This document shows, piece by piece, positions 9,477-19,883 of a DNA stretch of 64,000 bases. Each line of letters begins with the position of its first letter. The first letter of the stretch is position 1. A program made the position numbers and the translations under genes. The notes below the pieces were generated by a model. It was not told the DNA's origin. It saw only the letters and a program-made list of their open reading frames with translations, and did not search any database. Origin of the DNA: Alphaproteobacteria bacterium (GTDB lineage Bacteria; Pseudomonadota; Alphaproteobacteria; SP197). Where the stretch lies: the NCBI GenBank assembly GCA_965228895.1, contig OZ245842.1, positions 3,360,001 through 3,424,000 on the forward strand. The letters run 5' to 3'.

Positions 9477-10052
9477 ATGACCCACGACGCGGGCGCGTCA
9501 TCGACAGGGGCTGACTTCTGGCAACCCTATCTCGAAGCGGACGAGCGGCTACTTTGGCAAGGCCGGCCTGCTGGCGGCGTCCGTCTGGACGAGCGGCTTC
9601 GGCGCCGGCTGTTTTTCGGCATCCTGTTCATCGGCATCTTTGTCTACCTGATCTTCGGCGAACAAATCACCGGCGCGCCCTCGCCCAGCAGCTTTCCGCC
9701 AGGCGCCGGCATCGCCGTAATCGTTCTCGGCATCCTGTGGCTCGCCGTACCGGTCATCTCGGACGCCGTCACGCGCGCGCGCACCCGTTATGCGCTCACC
9801 AACAAACGCGCGCTGATCGCCCGGGGCGGTTCGGGCCACCGCATCAAGAGCTACGCCATCGACAGCCGCACCGAGATCGACTACCGGCCCAGCAACCTCG
9901 CCGCCATAAACTTCGCCCAACGCCGCGAGAGCGTGATGGAGACAAGTGGTACGACACAGGGGCGTGGCTTCGTCGGCGTCGGCTTTCGTTACCTGACCGA
10001 CGGCGAAAAGGTCTATGACCTCATGACCAAGGTCCAGCGCGGCGAGGTATAG
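9477..10052 (+). CDS. hypothetical membrane protein (bacterial PH-domain-like)
   Basis: DERLLWQGRP, two TM helices, TRYALTNKRALI. Confidence 0.7.
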   Translation: MTHDAGASSTGADFWQPYLEADERLLWQGRPAGGVRLDERLRRRLFFGILFIGIFVYLIFGEQITGAPSPSSFPPGAGIAVIVLGILWLAVPVISDAVTRARTRYALTNKRALIARGGSGHRIKSYAIDSRTEIDYRPSNLAAINFAQRRESVMETSGTTQGRGFVGVGFRYLTDGEKVYDLMTKVQRGEV

Positions 10053-10074
10053 GCCGCACCACCCTAGCGTGGCG

Positions 10075-11175
10075 TTAGTCGGGCGGGATCAAGACCAGCT
10101 TGCCGGTGTGTTTCTTCTCCAGGAAGTCGCGTTGCGCCTCGACGATGTCTTGAAGCGGGTAGGTCTTGGCAACGACCGGGCGAATCTCGCCACGTTCGAT
10201 GTAACCGACCAGGTTTTCGAACACTATATCGTCCTGGAACGTGCAGCCGAAGAAGCTGAGGTCCTTGAGATAAAGCGTCCGCACATCAAGTTCGACGATA
10301 GGACCCGCGATGGCGCCCGCTGTCGTATAGCGCCCGCCGCGGCGCAGAACGTCCAACAGGCTTGGCCAGTCGCTGCCGGCGACCAGGTCGACCACCACGT
10401 CGACGGACTCACGCCCCAGCGCCTCGACCAGATTCGATCCGCGTTCGATGATGTGATCGGCGCCCAACGCCCTGACCTCATCGGCCTTGGCGCCGCCGCA
10501 CACCGCCCAAACCTCGGCACCGCGGCGTTTGCACAATTGCACCGCTGCCGATCCGACACCACCGGACGCACCGGTGATCAGTACCTGCTCGCTGCCCACG
10601 TCGGCGCGGTGCAGCATGCCTTCGGCGGTTGAATAGGCACAAGGGACCGACGCGAGCTCGGCATCCGACCAATCGCAGTCAACCCGGTGGGACTCACGTG
10701 ACGGCGCCACCGCGAACTGCGCGAAACCGCCATCACATTCCGAACCGAAGGTCCAGCATTCGAACGGGCGATAACCGACGGGCGTGCGCAGCATGTTGCG
10801 GACAATCACCCGCTCACCCAAGCGTGCCTTATCAACGCCGTTGCCGACGGCAACAACAACGCCGCAGCAATCAGCGCCCTGGATGCGCGGAAAATGCAAC
10901 GGTGTACCCGACCAACTGCCGTCATCGTCCGACGCGGTTGCGAATCCCTCTTCACCGCCGACGTTCGTATCCGACGTCACCGCCTTGGAATACCAGGCGG
11001 TCCGCGTGTTGATGTCGGTGTTGTTGATGCCGGCCGCGCGCACCTGAATCAGGACCTCGCCCTCGCCGGGTTTCGGCACCGGCACATCGGTGCGGTAGCT
11101 CAGCTTGTCGAACCCGCCATGCCCGGTCAGCAGGACGGCCGCCATGGTGTCGGGGAGTTTCGGCTGTCCGGTCAT
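10075..11175 (-). CDS. medium-chain (alcohol dehydrogenase/quinone reductase family) oxidoreductase
   Basis: PVPKPGEGEVLIQVRAAGINNTDINTR, ITGASGGVG, KHTGKLVLIP; start at ATG 11175 after GGAG. Confidence 0.9.
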   Translation of the reverse strand: MTGQPKLPDTMAAVLLTGHGGFDKLSYRTDVPVPKPGEGEVLIQVRAAGINNTDINTRTAWYSKAVTSDTNVGGEEGFATASDDDGSWSGTPLHFPRIQGADCCGVVVAVGNGVDKARLGERVIVRNMLRTPVGYRPFECWTFGSECDGGFAQFAVAPSRESHRVDCDWSDAELASVPCAYSTAEGMLHRADVGSEQVLITGASGGVGSAAVQLCKRRGAEVWAVCGGAKADEVRALGADHIIERGSNLVEALGRESVDVVVDLVAGSDWPSLLDVLRRGGRYTTAGAIAGPIVELDVRTLYLKDLSFFGCTFQDDIVFENLVGYIERGEIRPVVAKTYPLQDIVEAQRDFLEKKHTGKLVLIPPD

Positions 11176-11183
11176 GATCGCTC

Positions 11184-13484
11184 CTATTCGTCGCCCCAAC
11201 CCAGGACGTTGCGCATGATGCTCCATCGTGGTGTGGAGGCGGCATCGGCTTTGCCGTCGATCCAGTGGTCGACCATACGGTCGTGAAAGCCATCGGTCCG
11301 CTGTAAACGCATCCAATAGTTTAGGAACTGGGTTAGCTGGTCGGCGTTTCCAGGCAGCAGATAGGCGATCAGAAACGGGCTGCCCAGATTGTTCGGTACC
11401 ACGGCCGTGTAGTCGGTCCGCCGCGATGTCCACGCCTTCGCCTGCTCCAATGTCCAGATCGCCGCGTCGACATCGGGATGGTCAGGCAGTTCATCATAGC
11501 TCTTCACCACCTTGACATCGGCGTTGGGCATCAGACGTTTGACCAGCGGCACCAGGACGGGATCGTCGAAGGCGCCGATGACAAGGTCCTGCTGCGCAAG
11601 AATGGCGTCGCGGGAGAGGAAACTGTTGACTTCGTCGGCCCGTACGATCAGCGCCAGGGGACTCTGAAGATAAGGTTCGGAGATGGAGAGATGCTGCAGT
11701 CGGCTATCCGTGACGTAGATGCCCGACACCGCCATATCGAAGCGACCGTCCGCCAAGTCGTCGGCCAGACTCTGCCATTCGAACGGGATCAGCCGCAGTT
11801 TGACGTTCAGGTCCTGTGCGAGTTTGTAGACATAGGCAATGTCGTATCCAACCAACTCACCTCGCTCGTTCGTGTAGCTGAACGGAATCACATTGGGGTT
11901 GTAGCCAACCCTGATCTCGCTGGTGCTCTGAATTCGGGCAAGCGCGCCCATGGTGGAATCGGCCACCGTGTCGGCCGCGCTGCCAGCCGCCGTGTCGGCC
12001 GCGCTGTCGACCTCCGCATCGCCCCCTGTATCGGCCGTGGTGTCGGTCCCCGCTTGTGATGTCGTAGCTGCCGCGTCGGTCTGGCTTGCATCACTGGGTT
12101 TTTCGATCACCACCGTCACATGTTCGGTCAACTCTGGCGCAAGCTGAAAGGCCAGATAGGACGGCGTCTCCTCATCGACCACCGCGTCCTGGATGAACCG
12201 CCCCGCCGTGGTGATAATGGCGATAGCGGCAATGCTGACGCCCAGCGACCACATCAGACGCGACACGCGCAATTTGAGGTGACCGTAATAGTGCAAGGTG
12301 ACCAAAAAGGTAACGAAGGTGAACCCCATCACCGACGCGACCACCTGTCCATAACGGGTGATGGTCATCATACCGACATAGAGTCCCGTGGCATCGGCGG
12401 GGAACTGCAGCCAACTGACCAGGAAGTCCACCGCGTCAATTGACGAGCTGGGCGAACCAATTCCCGACAACAGGCTGACGAAGGGCAGCGACAGCTCCTG
12501 ACTGTCACTCAACGGAACGCGGTAGTAATAGGCGCCGAACAGAACGAACAGCCAGATGAAGAAGTTGCCGAGTTGCGCCAGCGGATAGCTCACCGCCAGC
12601 GTGGTCTTGATGATCTCGCCGCGGTTCTCATCCTTGATGCCCTGTTGCTCGGCGAGCTTTTCGGCCGCCTGCTGGATGAAAGGCAGTGCCGCCACCGATA
12701 GGCTGGTGACCACGGCGATAACCAAGCCATTCTGGACGTCGCGGATAACCTCGCGCGTGGTGACCGGACAGACTGCTGAGATCAGCGACGGCAGGATCCA
12801 AAAGGCCAAGATCACCGTGCCCGCGATCATCACGAGCAGATAAAGCGAGAGATCCGCCAGGTCGGTCGGGTCCAGCGTGCCGGCGGTCTTGGCGAACAGT
12901 GCACAGACGCCGAACGGCGCAAGCAGAACGACCCAGCGCCAAATTGTCACGCTCGCGCCGCGGATCAGATCCAACACATCGAGAAACGTTTCCTTGTTGT
13001 CGATCCGTTGGATGGCGATGCCATAGACAATCGAGAAAACTACGACGGCCGGAACGTAGTTGCGCGCCAGCGCCAGGAACGGGTTGGACGGGATCAGATG
13101 ATCCAGCAGTCCGGGGCCTTCCTGCGGCGCGTTGGCGTTGATGAAGCTGGGCGGCGGCACCTCTGGAATCGCGATCGACAGCAGGAAGATGATCAGGAAC
13201 GTCGTGCCCCAGACGACCAGGTAGACGAGCCAGCTGCAACGGAAGAGCCGCCACGCCGTGTCTGGCGAAAGCCGCCCCAGGCCATGCAGCAGCGAGCAGA
13301 TGATGTAGGGGAAAACCACCACCTCCATCAGCTTCACATACGTCTGGCCGACGGGTTGCAGCACCTTCGCCTGGTCGCCGAAAAACAGCCCGATCGCAAC
13401 GCCGGCAAGGGCGCCGATCAGGACCCAAAGCGGCAGCCTGCGGGCATAAGAAGATGTTTCTGACGTCACGCTCGCCTCATCCAA
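11184..13484 (-). CDS. dicarboxylate/amino acid:cation symporter (DAACS) fused to a family-3 substrate-binding domain
   Basis: N-terminal TM region (LIPSNPF, LAPFGV.AL.A); C-terminal IRVGY...PFSY.NERGELVGYDI, FDMAVSGIYVT.SR, SEPY. Confidence 0.88.
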   Translation of the reverse strand: MDEASVTSETSSYARRLPLWVLIGALAGVAIGLFFGDQAKVLQPVGQTYVKLMEVVVFPYIICSLLHGLGRLSPDTAWRLFRCSWLVYLVVWGTTFLIIFLLSIAIPEVPPPSFINANAPQEGPGLLDHLIPSNPFLALARNYVPAVVVFSIVYGIAIQRIDNKETFLDVLDLIRGASVTIWRWVVLLAPFGVCALFAKTAGTLDPTDLADLSLYLLVMIAGTVILAFWILPSLISAVCPVTTREVIRDVQNGLVIAVVTSLSVAALPFIQQAAEKLAEQQGIKDENRGEIIKTTLAVSYPLAQLGNFFIWLFVLFGAYYYRVPLSDSQELSLPFVSLLSGIGSPSSSIDAVDFLVSWLQFPADATGLYVGMMTITRYGQVVASVMGFTFVTFLVTLHYYGHLKLRVSRLMWSLGVSIAAIAIITTAGRFIQDAVVDEETPSYLAFQLAPELTEHVTVVIEKPSDASQTDAAATTSQAGTDTTADTGGDAEVDSAADTAAGSAADTVADSTMGALARIQSTSEIRVGYNPNVIPFSYTNERGELVGYDIAYVYKLAQDLNVKLRLIPFEWQSLADDLADGRFDMAVSGIYVTDSRLQHLSISEPYLQSPLALIVRADEVNSFLSRDAILAQQDLVIGAFDDPVLVPLVKRLMPNADVKVVKSYDELPDHPDVDAAIWTLEQAKAWTSRRTDYTAVVPNNLGSPFLIAYLLPGNADQLTQFLNYWMRLQRTDGFHDRMVDHWIDGKADAASTPRWSIMRNVLGWGDE
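11966..12006. repeat. 24-bp-period tandem repeat in the inter-domain linker (SAADT repeats)
   Basis: CCGTGTCGGCCGCGCTG at 11966 and at 11990. Confidence 0.75.
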
Positions 13485-13552
13485 CGCCGCCAGAGACTAA
13501 CGAGCGGCCTTGGTCCCGTCGAGCATCTGGGACCTCCATCTGGCGCGCTCGC

Positions 13553-13888
13553 CTAGATCATCGGTACGTAGTCGTACTCACCAATGCCCTGCAGAACCAG
13601 AAATGTTGTTGACGTCTCCAGTCCGTTGGTCACCAGATGCGGTCGCTTAGCCACGACGGTATAGGTCTCACCGGGTTCCAGATCGACTGCCTCCTTGGGG
13701 TTCTGGAGATAAATCCGCAGCAGCCCCTCCAGCACATAGAACGTGTCGGCGATGTTGTTGTGGTAATGCCACGGCACCGACTGGGTCGACGAAATCTGGT
13801 GCTCGGTGATATGAAAACCCGGACGCTCGGCGTGCATTACGGTGCGCTCGACCTCATAGAGGTGACTGGCGTCTTTCAGCGGTTCCAT
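13553..13888 (-). CDS. cupin domain protein
   Basis: PWHYHNNIADTFYVLEG...LEPGETYTV...PHLVTN. Confidence 0.88.
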   Translation of the reverse strand: MEPLKDASHLYEVERTVMHAERPGFHITEHQISSTQSVPWHYHNNIADTFYVLEGLLRIYLQNPKEAVDLEPGETYTVVAKRPHLVTNGLETSTTFLVLQGIGEYDYVPMI

Positions 13889-13994
13889 GGCGGGCCCCTG
13901 TCGCTATGATGCCGGCACCATCATAGATCGTTCGGCGAGCATGCGTGTAGAATTTCGACCCCTCGCAGCCGCCATATTCCGCAGGTTTTCGCCC

Positions 13995-15599
13995 ATGGCT
14001 CAGAATAATCGCTATGACTACATCATCGTCGGCGCCGGATCCGCCGGTTGCGTCTTGGCCAACCGACTGAGCGAGGACGCGAGCGCCAGTGTGCTGATCG
14101 TCGAGGCCGGCGGCAGCGATAAGAACATGCTGATCCAGATGCCGGGGGCCGCCGCCATGGCGGCGCGCGACACGCGTTTCAGCTGGGGTTATGTCGGCGA
14201 GCCGGAGCCGCACCTGAACGGGCGCGGGATTCTGGAGGCGCGCGGGCGGGTGCTCGGCGGTTCGTCGTCGATCAACGGCCTGGTCGCCAACCGGGGCAAC
14301 ACGCGCGACTACGACGGCTGGGCCGCCGGCGGCCTGAACGCCTGGTCCTATGCCCACTGCCTGCCCTATTTCAAGAAGATGGAGACCTTCGATCGCGGCG
14401 CCAACGATTGGCGCGGCGGCGATGGCCCCCAGCACATCGAATCATGCCCGGCCCAGGGCCCGCTCGACCAGGCATTCCTCGCCGCCGGGCAAGAAGCCGG
14501 CTACGCCTTCACCCAGGACCAGAACGGCGAACACCACGAAGGCTTCCACGTCGCCCAGAGCTTCACTCGCAACGGCAAACGCTGGAGCACCGCGGACGGT
14601 TACCTGCGTCCGGCACTGCAGCGCCCGAACCTCACCTTGATGAGTGGCGCGCTTGCCCATCGCGTTGTCTTCGATGGCAACCGCGCGGTCGGTGTGGAGA
14701 TCGAACACGGCGGTAGCGTCGAACGCCATGAGGCCGAGCGTGAGGTGATCCTGGCGGGCGGCGCGATCAACTCGCCGCAGCTTCTTTTGCTCTCGGGCGT
14801 CGGCGATCCCGCGCACCTCGCCGAACACGATATTGCGGTCAACGCCGACGTACCGGCGGTTGGCCGGCACCTTGAAGACCATCTGATCGTGCCGATCCAG
14901 TATTCGACACCGCCGGGCGTGTCGCCGGCCGGCAAGTTCAACGGCCTCGGACGCTACCGCATCGGTGCACAATGGCTTTTCTTCAAGTCCGGCCTCGGCG
15001 CGTCGAATTTTTGCGAGACCGGCTGTTTCTTCAAGAGTTCCGATGACGCCGCCTATGCGGACATCCAGCATGAGTTCTATCCGGTCTGCGCCCAGATGGG
15101 CGAGCCGGACGCCAACGTCGCGGAAGGCTTCATGTTCTCCATGGGCATCATGCGCCCGCAAAGTCAGGGGCGCGTCTGGCTCAAATCCGCCGACCCGCGC
15201 GCCCATCCCGCGATCCTCTTCAACTATCTGGATACCGAAGCCGACCGGCGCGTGATGATCAATGGCCTCAAACGCACCCGCGAGATGGCCGCCCAGTCGG
15301 CGTTCGACCCCGTGCGCACGGCGGAACTCTCACCGGGCCCCGACGTGCAGAGCGATGCGGAGATCCTGGCCTGGCTGGCTGCCGAAGGCTCGACCGAATA
15401 CCACCCATGCTCGACCTGCCGCATGGGCACCGGCGACGACAGCGTCACCAACGGCGACGGTCAGGTGCACGGAACCGAAGCGCTGCGCGTGATCGATGCC
15501 TCGATCATGCCCAGCAACGTCACCGCCAACCTGAACGCACCGGTCATCATGATCGCCGAAAAACTGGCCGACGCCATCCGCGGCAGGCCGCCGCTTTAA
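13995..15599 (+). CDS. GMC oxidoreductase, choline dehydrogenase-like
   Basis: YDYIIVGAGSAGCVLANRLSED, GRVLGGSSSING, YHPCSTCRMG, NLNAPVIMIAEK. Confidence 0.92.
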   Translation: MAQNNRYDYIIVGAGSAGCVLANRLSEDASASVLIVEAGGSDKNMLIQMPGAAAMAARDTRFSWGYVGEPEPHLNGRGILEARGRVLGGSSSINGLVANRGNTRDYDGWAAGGLNAWSYAHCLPYFKKMETFDRGANDWRGGDGPQHIESCPAQGPLDQAFLAAGQEAGYAFTQDQNGEHHEGFHVAQSFTRNGKRWSTADGYLRPALQRPNLTLMSGALAHRVVFDGNRAVGVEIEHGGSVERHEAEREVILAGGAINSPQLLLLSGVGDPAHLAEHDIAVNADVPAVGRHLEDHLIVPIQYSTPPGVSPAGKFNGLGRYRIGAQWLFFKSGLGASNFCETGCFFKSSDDAAYADIQHEFYPVCAQMGEPDANVAEGFMFSMGIMRPQSQGRVWLKSADPRAHPAILFNYLDTEADRRVMINGLKRTREMAAQSAFDPVRTAELSPGPDVQSDAEILAWLAAEGSTEYHPCSTCRMGTGDDSVTNGDGQVHGTEALRVIDASIMPSNVTANLNAPVIMIAEKLADAIRGRPPL

Positions 15600-16744
15600 G
15601 CGGTAATCTTGGTGAAGCGGCGGCGTTGGTAACCGACGACCACGGGCAGATAACCGCCTTCTGTGAAAGCCACGTCCAGTTCGCGCGAGCCGGTGTCAAC
15701 ATGCAGCACGGGCGTTTCGGCAAGCTTGGCCGGGGTCGCGACGACGATCAGGTTGTCGCGGCCGATCCGCTCAAGGATCGGCGGACTGAGCTGCAGATTG
15801 CCGCGACCGAGCACAAAACCCTGCGCGCCGATCGGGCTCAACACCAGACAGCAGGCGGCATAGCGATCAAGCAGCGGCAGGATGTCCGCCTCGGCGACGT
15901 CCTTGGCCACCAGCGCACCGCCGGCGACCGCGTCGATGCCCAGCATGGTCTTGTCGATACGCAGCCGGTCGCCGATCGCCTTGACCGTACTACCCGCACC
16001 CAGCAGGTAGAGCGTGTCGGGGTTCTCGTTCATCGCTTCGACAATGCCGCGTGCAATGGCCTCCTTGATGTCGGCTTCGTCTTCGTGGGCAATCAGCATC
16101 TTGGCCGACTGGGTCAGCGTGGGCTCATAGGGTGTCGTCGCGGCGTCGTATAGCTTCACCGCCCATTCACCGCGTCGGTATCGAGTTTCGTCCAGATCCA
16201 GCACCTCGACCGTCGTCGTCTTGAGCGCGCCGGACAGAAAGCCGGCAACGATCTCGGCCGTGTGTGCCGGGCTGGTGCCGAACACGCCGGAATACATCTT
16301 GACGCCCGACGGGATGCCCAGGATCGGCACGGTCTGCGACGTGACGGCGCAGATGTCGCGCGCGGTGCCGTCACCGCCGCAAAACAGGATGAGGTCGGCA
16401 TTGGCATCCATGAAACGGCGTGCTGCGGCTTGCGTGTCGTCGCGCGATGTCGCCCCACCGGGATCGTAGACCACCTCGATGTTTTGAAACCCCGCTTCCT
16501 CCAGGGCCGCCGCGCCCATCGCGCCGGCGCAGGTCAGCCAGTGCGGTTCGCCACGCCGGGACGACACGGCAAGACGGCGGCGCAGTTCCCGTAACGTTTC
16601 CTCCGCCCGGCCCGGCGCAACCGGCGACGCGCCACGCCGGCGCGCCTCCTCGGCCACGTCATCGGTACCTTTCAAGCCGACGCGCCCGCCCATGCCGGCG
16701 ATCGGGTTGATCACAAAACCGATGCGCCGTCCGGTTTCGGTCAC
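15596..16744 (-). CDS. ATP-NAD kinase family protein
   Basis: INPIAGMGGRVGLKGTD, GGDGTARD, GIPSGVKMYSGVF, QGFVLGRGNLQ. Confidence 0.9.
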   Translation of the reverse strand: MTETGRRIGFVINPIAGMGGRVGLKGTDDVAEEARRRGASPVAPGRAEETLRELRRRLAVSSRRGEPHWLTCAGAMGAAALEEAGFQNIEVVYDPGGATSRDDTQAAARRFMDANADLILFCGGDGTARDICAVTSQTVPILGIPSGVKMYSGVFGTSPAHTAEIVAGFLSGALKTTTVEVLDLDETRYRRGEWAVKLYDAATTPYEPTLTQSAKMLIAHEDEADIKEAIARGIVEAMNENPDTLYLLGAGSTVKAIGDRLRIDKTMLGIDAVAGGALVAKDVAEADILPLLDRYAACCLVLSPIGAQGFVLGRGNLQLSPPILERIGRDNLIVVATPAKLAETPVLHVDTGSRELDVAFTEGGYLPVVVGYQRRRFTKITA

Positions 16745-16753
16745 GGGACGTGT

Positions 16754-17170
16754 CTACAGCCGGTCGAGTTCGATATCCTCGCAGGACATGCCGAACGCCG
16801 CCAGCCCGCCTTCGATGTAATCCGACAGAAGCGGTATGCCGATCAGGTAGGCCGCGGTGTGTTCGGTATGCTGCTGCTCGGCCAGCGCCAGGGCGTCGTC
16901 CCAGTCTTCGGCGTCGTGATCGCCGCGTCCGACCCAGGTCAGCGCGACCAGCGCACACTGTTCGTCCCAGTTCAGCCCGTCGATGGCGTCGCGCAATTCC
17001 TCGAACGTCGGATCGTCCTCATAGGCTTCCAGCACCTGAACGACGCCGTCGTCGGTTGCGTTGGAGCCGTAGTCCGGCTCGACGACGCCTTCCTGCGCGT
17101 CAAACTCGCGCGCTCTGAGCATGATGTAGCAGACCTTGGTGCGATCGATACTGGGCGTGGCCATGGCCAT
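16754..17170 (-). CDS. DUF3775 domain protein
   Basis: EQCALVALTWVGRGD...YLIGIPLLSDYIEGGL; AGGAG RBS before 17170. Confidence 0.88.
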   Translation of the reverse strand: MAMATPSIDRTKVCYIMLRAREFDAQEGVVEPDYGSNATDDGVVQVLEAYEDDPTFEELRDAIDGLNWDEQCALVALTWVGRGDHDAEDWDDALALAEQQHTEHTAAYLIGIPLLSDYIEGGLAAFGMSCEDIELDRL

Positions 17171-17221
17171 CTCCTGCGATTTCCTTTGTCCCGAACGTGA
17201 CGCCAAAGGCGCGGCCTCGCC

Positions 17222-17235
17222 TTGACGCAAATCAA
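17222..17235. promoter_or_regulatory. FNR/FixK box
   Basis: TTGACGCAAATCAA versus consensus TTGAT-N4-ATCAA; upstream of the DUF3775 gene. Confidence 0.75.
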
Positions 17236-17321
17236 CGCAACGGCACGCACCGCGACATGGCAGCCATGGCTCGGGCTAGGTTATGGTGCTCTGGAGCAAA
17301 CAGAACATCGGGGGCGCCACG

Positions 17322-18224
17322 ATGGCACAGTCGGAAACGATCGGTTTCGTCGGCCTGGGCAACATGGGCTGGCCCATGGCGGGAAACCTCTGCAAGGCCG
17401 GTTTCATGGTTGTCAGCATGGATACGGATGCCAAGAGGCAGGCCGCGTTCGCCACGACCTTCGGTGCCGAGATGGCGGTCGGACCGGAATCCTTCGCCCG
17501 GACCGACCGGCTCATCACCATGCTGCCGGATGGCAACATCGTGGCCGACGTGCTGGTCGGCGCGGGCGGCCTGCTCCGCCACCTGCCAAAGGATAGCCTG
17601 GTCATCGACATGAGCTCCGGCGATCCCGCGGCCTATGACGCGATCACGCCCGACATCGAACGGCTCGGCCATGCGATGATCGATGCGCCGGTCTCCGGCG
17701 GCACGGGCGGCGCCGAGGCCGGGACGCTGACCATCATGACCGGCGGCGATGACGCGGCCATCGATCGCGCTTTGCCGCTGTTCGAGGTGATGGGCGGCAA
17801 GATCTTCCGCACCGGCGGTTTCGGCAGCGGCCAGGCCATGAAAGCGTTGAACAACCTGGCCTCGGCGACGGCACTGATGGTGACCATTGAGGTCTTGATC
17901 ACCGCCCAGCGCTTCGGTCTCGATCCCGCGCTGGTCAACAGCATTCTCAACGTCTCGACCGGCCGTAACAATTCGACCGACAAGAAGATCGCGCCGCATG
18001 TCTTGAGCCGCACCTTCGATTCCGGCTTCGGGTTGTCCTTGATGGCCAAGGACCTGCGTACCGCCCATGCCATCGCCGAACGCACGAAGACATCCGTGCC
18101 GCTCAGCGATCTCGCCGTCCAGATGGCCCAGCAGGCTAGCGAAGCCTTGGGTCCCGACGCCGACCACACCGCCGTTGCCCTGTGGATCGAAGACCGGATC
18201 GGCGAGGCGTTGAACGCAAGCTGA
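17322..18224 (+). CDS. 3-hydroxyisobutyrate dehydrogenase family NAD(P)-dependent oxidoreductase
   Basis: IGFVGLGNMG, DAPVSGG, GSGQAMKALNN, LMAKDL. Confidence 0.92.
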   Translation: MAQSETIGFVGLGNMGWPMAGNLCKAGFMVVSMDTDAKRQAAFATTFGAEMAVGPESFARTDRLITMLPDGNIVADVLVGAGGLLRHLPKDSLVIDMSSGDPAAYDAITPDIERLGHAMIDAPVSGGTGGAEAGTLTIMTGGDDAAIDRALPLFEVMGGKIFRTGGFGSGQAMKALNNLASATALMVTIEVLITAQRFGLDPALVNSILNVSTGRNNSTDKKIAPHVLSRTFDSGFGLSLMAKDLRTAHAIAERTKTSVPLSDLAVQMAQQASEALGPDADHTAVALWIEDRIGEALNAS

Positions 18225-18233
18225 CGCAGTGCT

Positions 18234-19358
18234 TTATAGCCGCCGGTCCAGCACGGCCTGCAGCGCGGTGATCAGCTGCAGCTTGCCGTCCAGCCCCATA
18301 CCCGAGCGGTCGATGTGCGAGAAGCCATCGATGACGAAGACCTCGCTGCCGGCGACCGCATTGCCCAAGGCAATGCTTTGCGTATAGGGGATCAGCGTGT
18401 CGTCGCGGCCGTGGATCAGGATCAGGCGGCCTTCCAGGTGGCTGAGGTCATAGGCGGCCGGCGACAGCGCCTCAAGCTGGTCGGTGATTGCCGGCGGCAG
18501 GCGTTGCAACAGGTCGTCGACAGCAGCGGGATCATCATTGATCATGACATCCAACAGCGCCTGGCCCTCCGGTCCCAATCCGGCGACGAGATCATCGATT
18601 GGCACGTTCTCCGACCGGCTGCGGCGCTCGGCGATTGCCTGAAGCAGCGCGCGGTCCTCAGCATTCTCGAGCAGGTCGGTGTTACTCGCCAGCAACAGCC
18701 ACTTGGCGGCAGGCACGGGATCGGCAAACTGCCAGGTCTCGCCCGACCCCTCGCGGTAGCGGCCGGTAGTCGCGAAGGTGATGACGGCTTCCGTATCGTG
18801 ATAACCGCCCAGCCCGACCAGGAAGTCGATCTTGTCGCCGGCATCCGGCTCCATACTCGCCATGACGGCCAAGCCCACCGCATAGGAGATCGCCGCCACG
18901 CCGACGTCATGGCCTTCCGGCAACGGGTCGCTGCCGGCCAGGTAGACGACGCCATCGGCGATTGAACGCGCGTCGTCCGGCCGGATTTCCACCGCGCGCG
19001 ATCCCGCGAGGTCGGGCACCAGAACCAGAAAGCGCGCCCGCGCCAGGGACATCGCCAGGTCGACCAGGCGCGCATCGTCCTTGCCGTCGGGCGTGAAGCC
19101 CGGCACCAGGACCAGGCCGGCGCCGATCGGCTGCAAGGGCTCGTAGATATCGGCCACCGACAGCCGGCCGTCGATGGTGTAGGTAACCGTGCTGCGCCGC
19201 GGCTGGGGCGTCGTCTCTTTAAGCGTGCTGGCTCCGCTGCCGACATCGATATCCTGCAGCACCCGCGTTGCTTCCCAGCTCTGCTTGGAAACGCAGGCCC
19301 CCAGCACAACCACAAGGGCGAGCATCGACATCGTCCATCGGCTACGAGACAGCGTCAT
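18234..19358 (-). CDS. alpha/beta hydrolase fold lipoprotein
   Basis: Lipobox LGAC; nucleophile elbow AISYAVG; LIHGRDDTLIP; GFSH. Confidence 0.8.
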   Translation of the reverse strand: MTLSRSRWTMSMLALVVVLGACVSKQSWEATRVLQDIDVGSGASTLKETTPQPRRSTVTYTIDGRLSVADIYEPLQPIGAGLVLVPGFTPDGKDDARLVDLAMSLARARFLVLVPDLAGSRAVEIRPDDARSIADGVVYLAGSDPLPEGHDVGVAAISYAVGLAVMASMEPDAGDKIDFLVGLGGYHDTEAVITFATTGRYREGSGETWQFADPVPAAKWLLLASNTDLLENAEDRALLQAIAERRSRSENVPIDDLVAGLGPEGQALLDVMINDDPAAVDDLLQRLPPAITDQLEALSPAAYDLSHLEGRLILIHGRDDTLIPYTQSIALGNAVAGSEVFVIDGFSHIDRSGMGLDGKLQLITALQAVLDRRL

Positions 19359-19403
19359 GAACGTTAGTTTAGCACGCGCGACGGCAAGACAGGCGCGACC
19401 CGA

Positions 19404-19883
19404 TCACTCCAAGCCGGAGTCGGACGACGATTGTGATGTCAGGATACGCCGGCTTTCCTCGGCGTCCTTGCCGAAGGTAAAGCGGAACCGGTTACCGAAT
19501 TGATCGATGCCGATGCCCATGCCCGAATGGCAGCCATCGGCGACGAACGTCGCCAGAATGAACCGTCCGTCCGTACATTGCAGTTCGGCGCTGCCCAGGC
19601 TGCCGCGGCACTCGGGCACCTGACGGCGATAGTCGAAGGAACCGATGCATTCGATACCCGAACGCACGCCGATCACCTCGATCGAACCGACGCCCTCGGG
19701 ATAACTCGTCGAGCGGCCAACAAACGCCTCGACACGGTCGGTGAAGATACCCATCACATCGACCGTCACCGGCAGTTCGGGTTCCGGTTCAGGTTCGGGC
19801 GCGGCGCAAGACACGACAATGAGACAACCGGCCAACAGCACGGTTGTTTTCAGCCAATGCGAGGCCTTAACCATCCTCGCCAT
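19404..19883 (-). CDS. hypothetical lipoprotein
   Basis: Signal peptide with IVVSC lipobox, PEPEPEPE linker, Cys-rich domain; start uncertain. Confidence 0.65.
   Translation of the reverse strand: MARMVKASHWLKTTVLLAGCLIVVSCAAPEPEPEPELPVTVDVMGIFTDRVEAFVGRSTSYPEGVGSIEVIGVRSGIECIGSFDYRRQVPECRGSLGSAELQCTDGRFILATFVADGCHSGMGIGIDQFGNRFRFTFGKDAEESRRILTSQSSSDSGLE

Noticed and set aside
11966-12006. CRISPR-like direct repeats
   Set aside because: Only two in-frame copies encoding a protein linker; no spacer array and no cas genes
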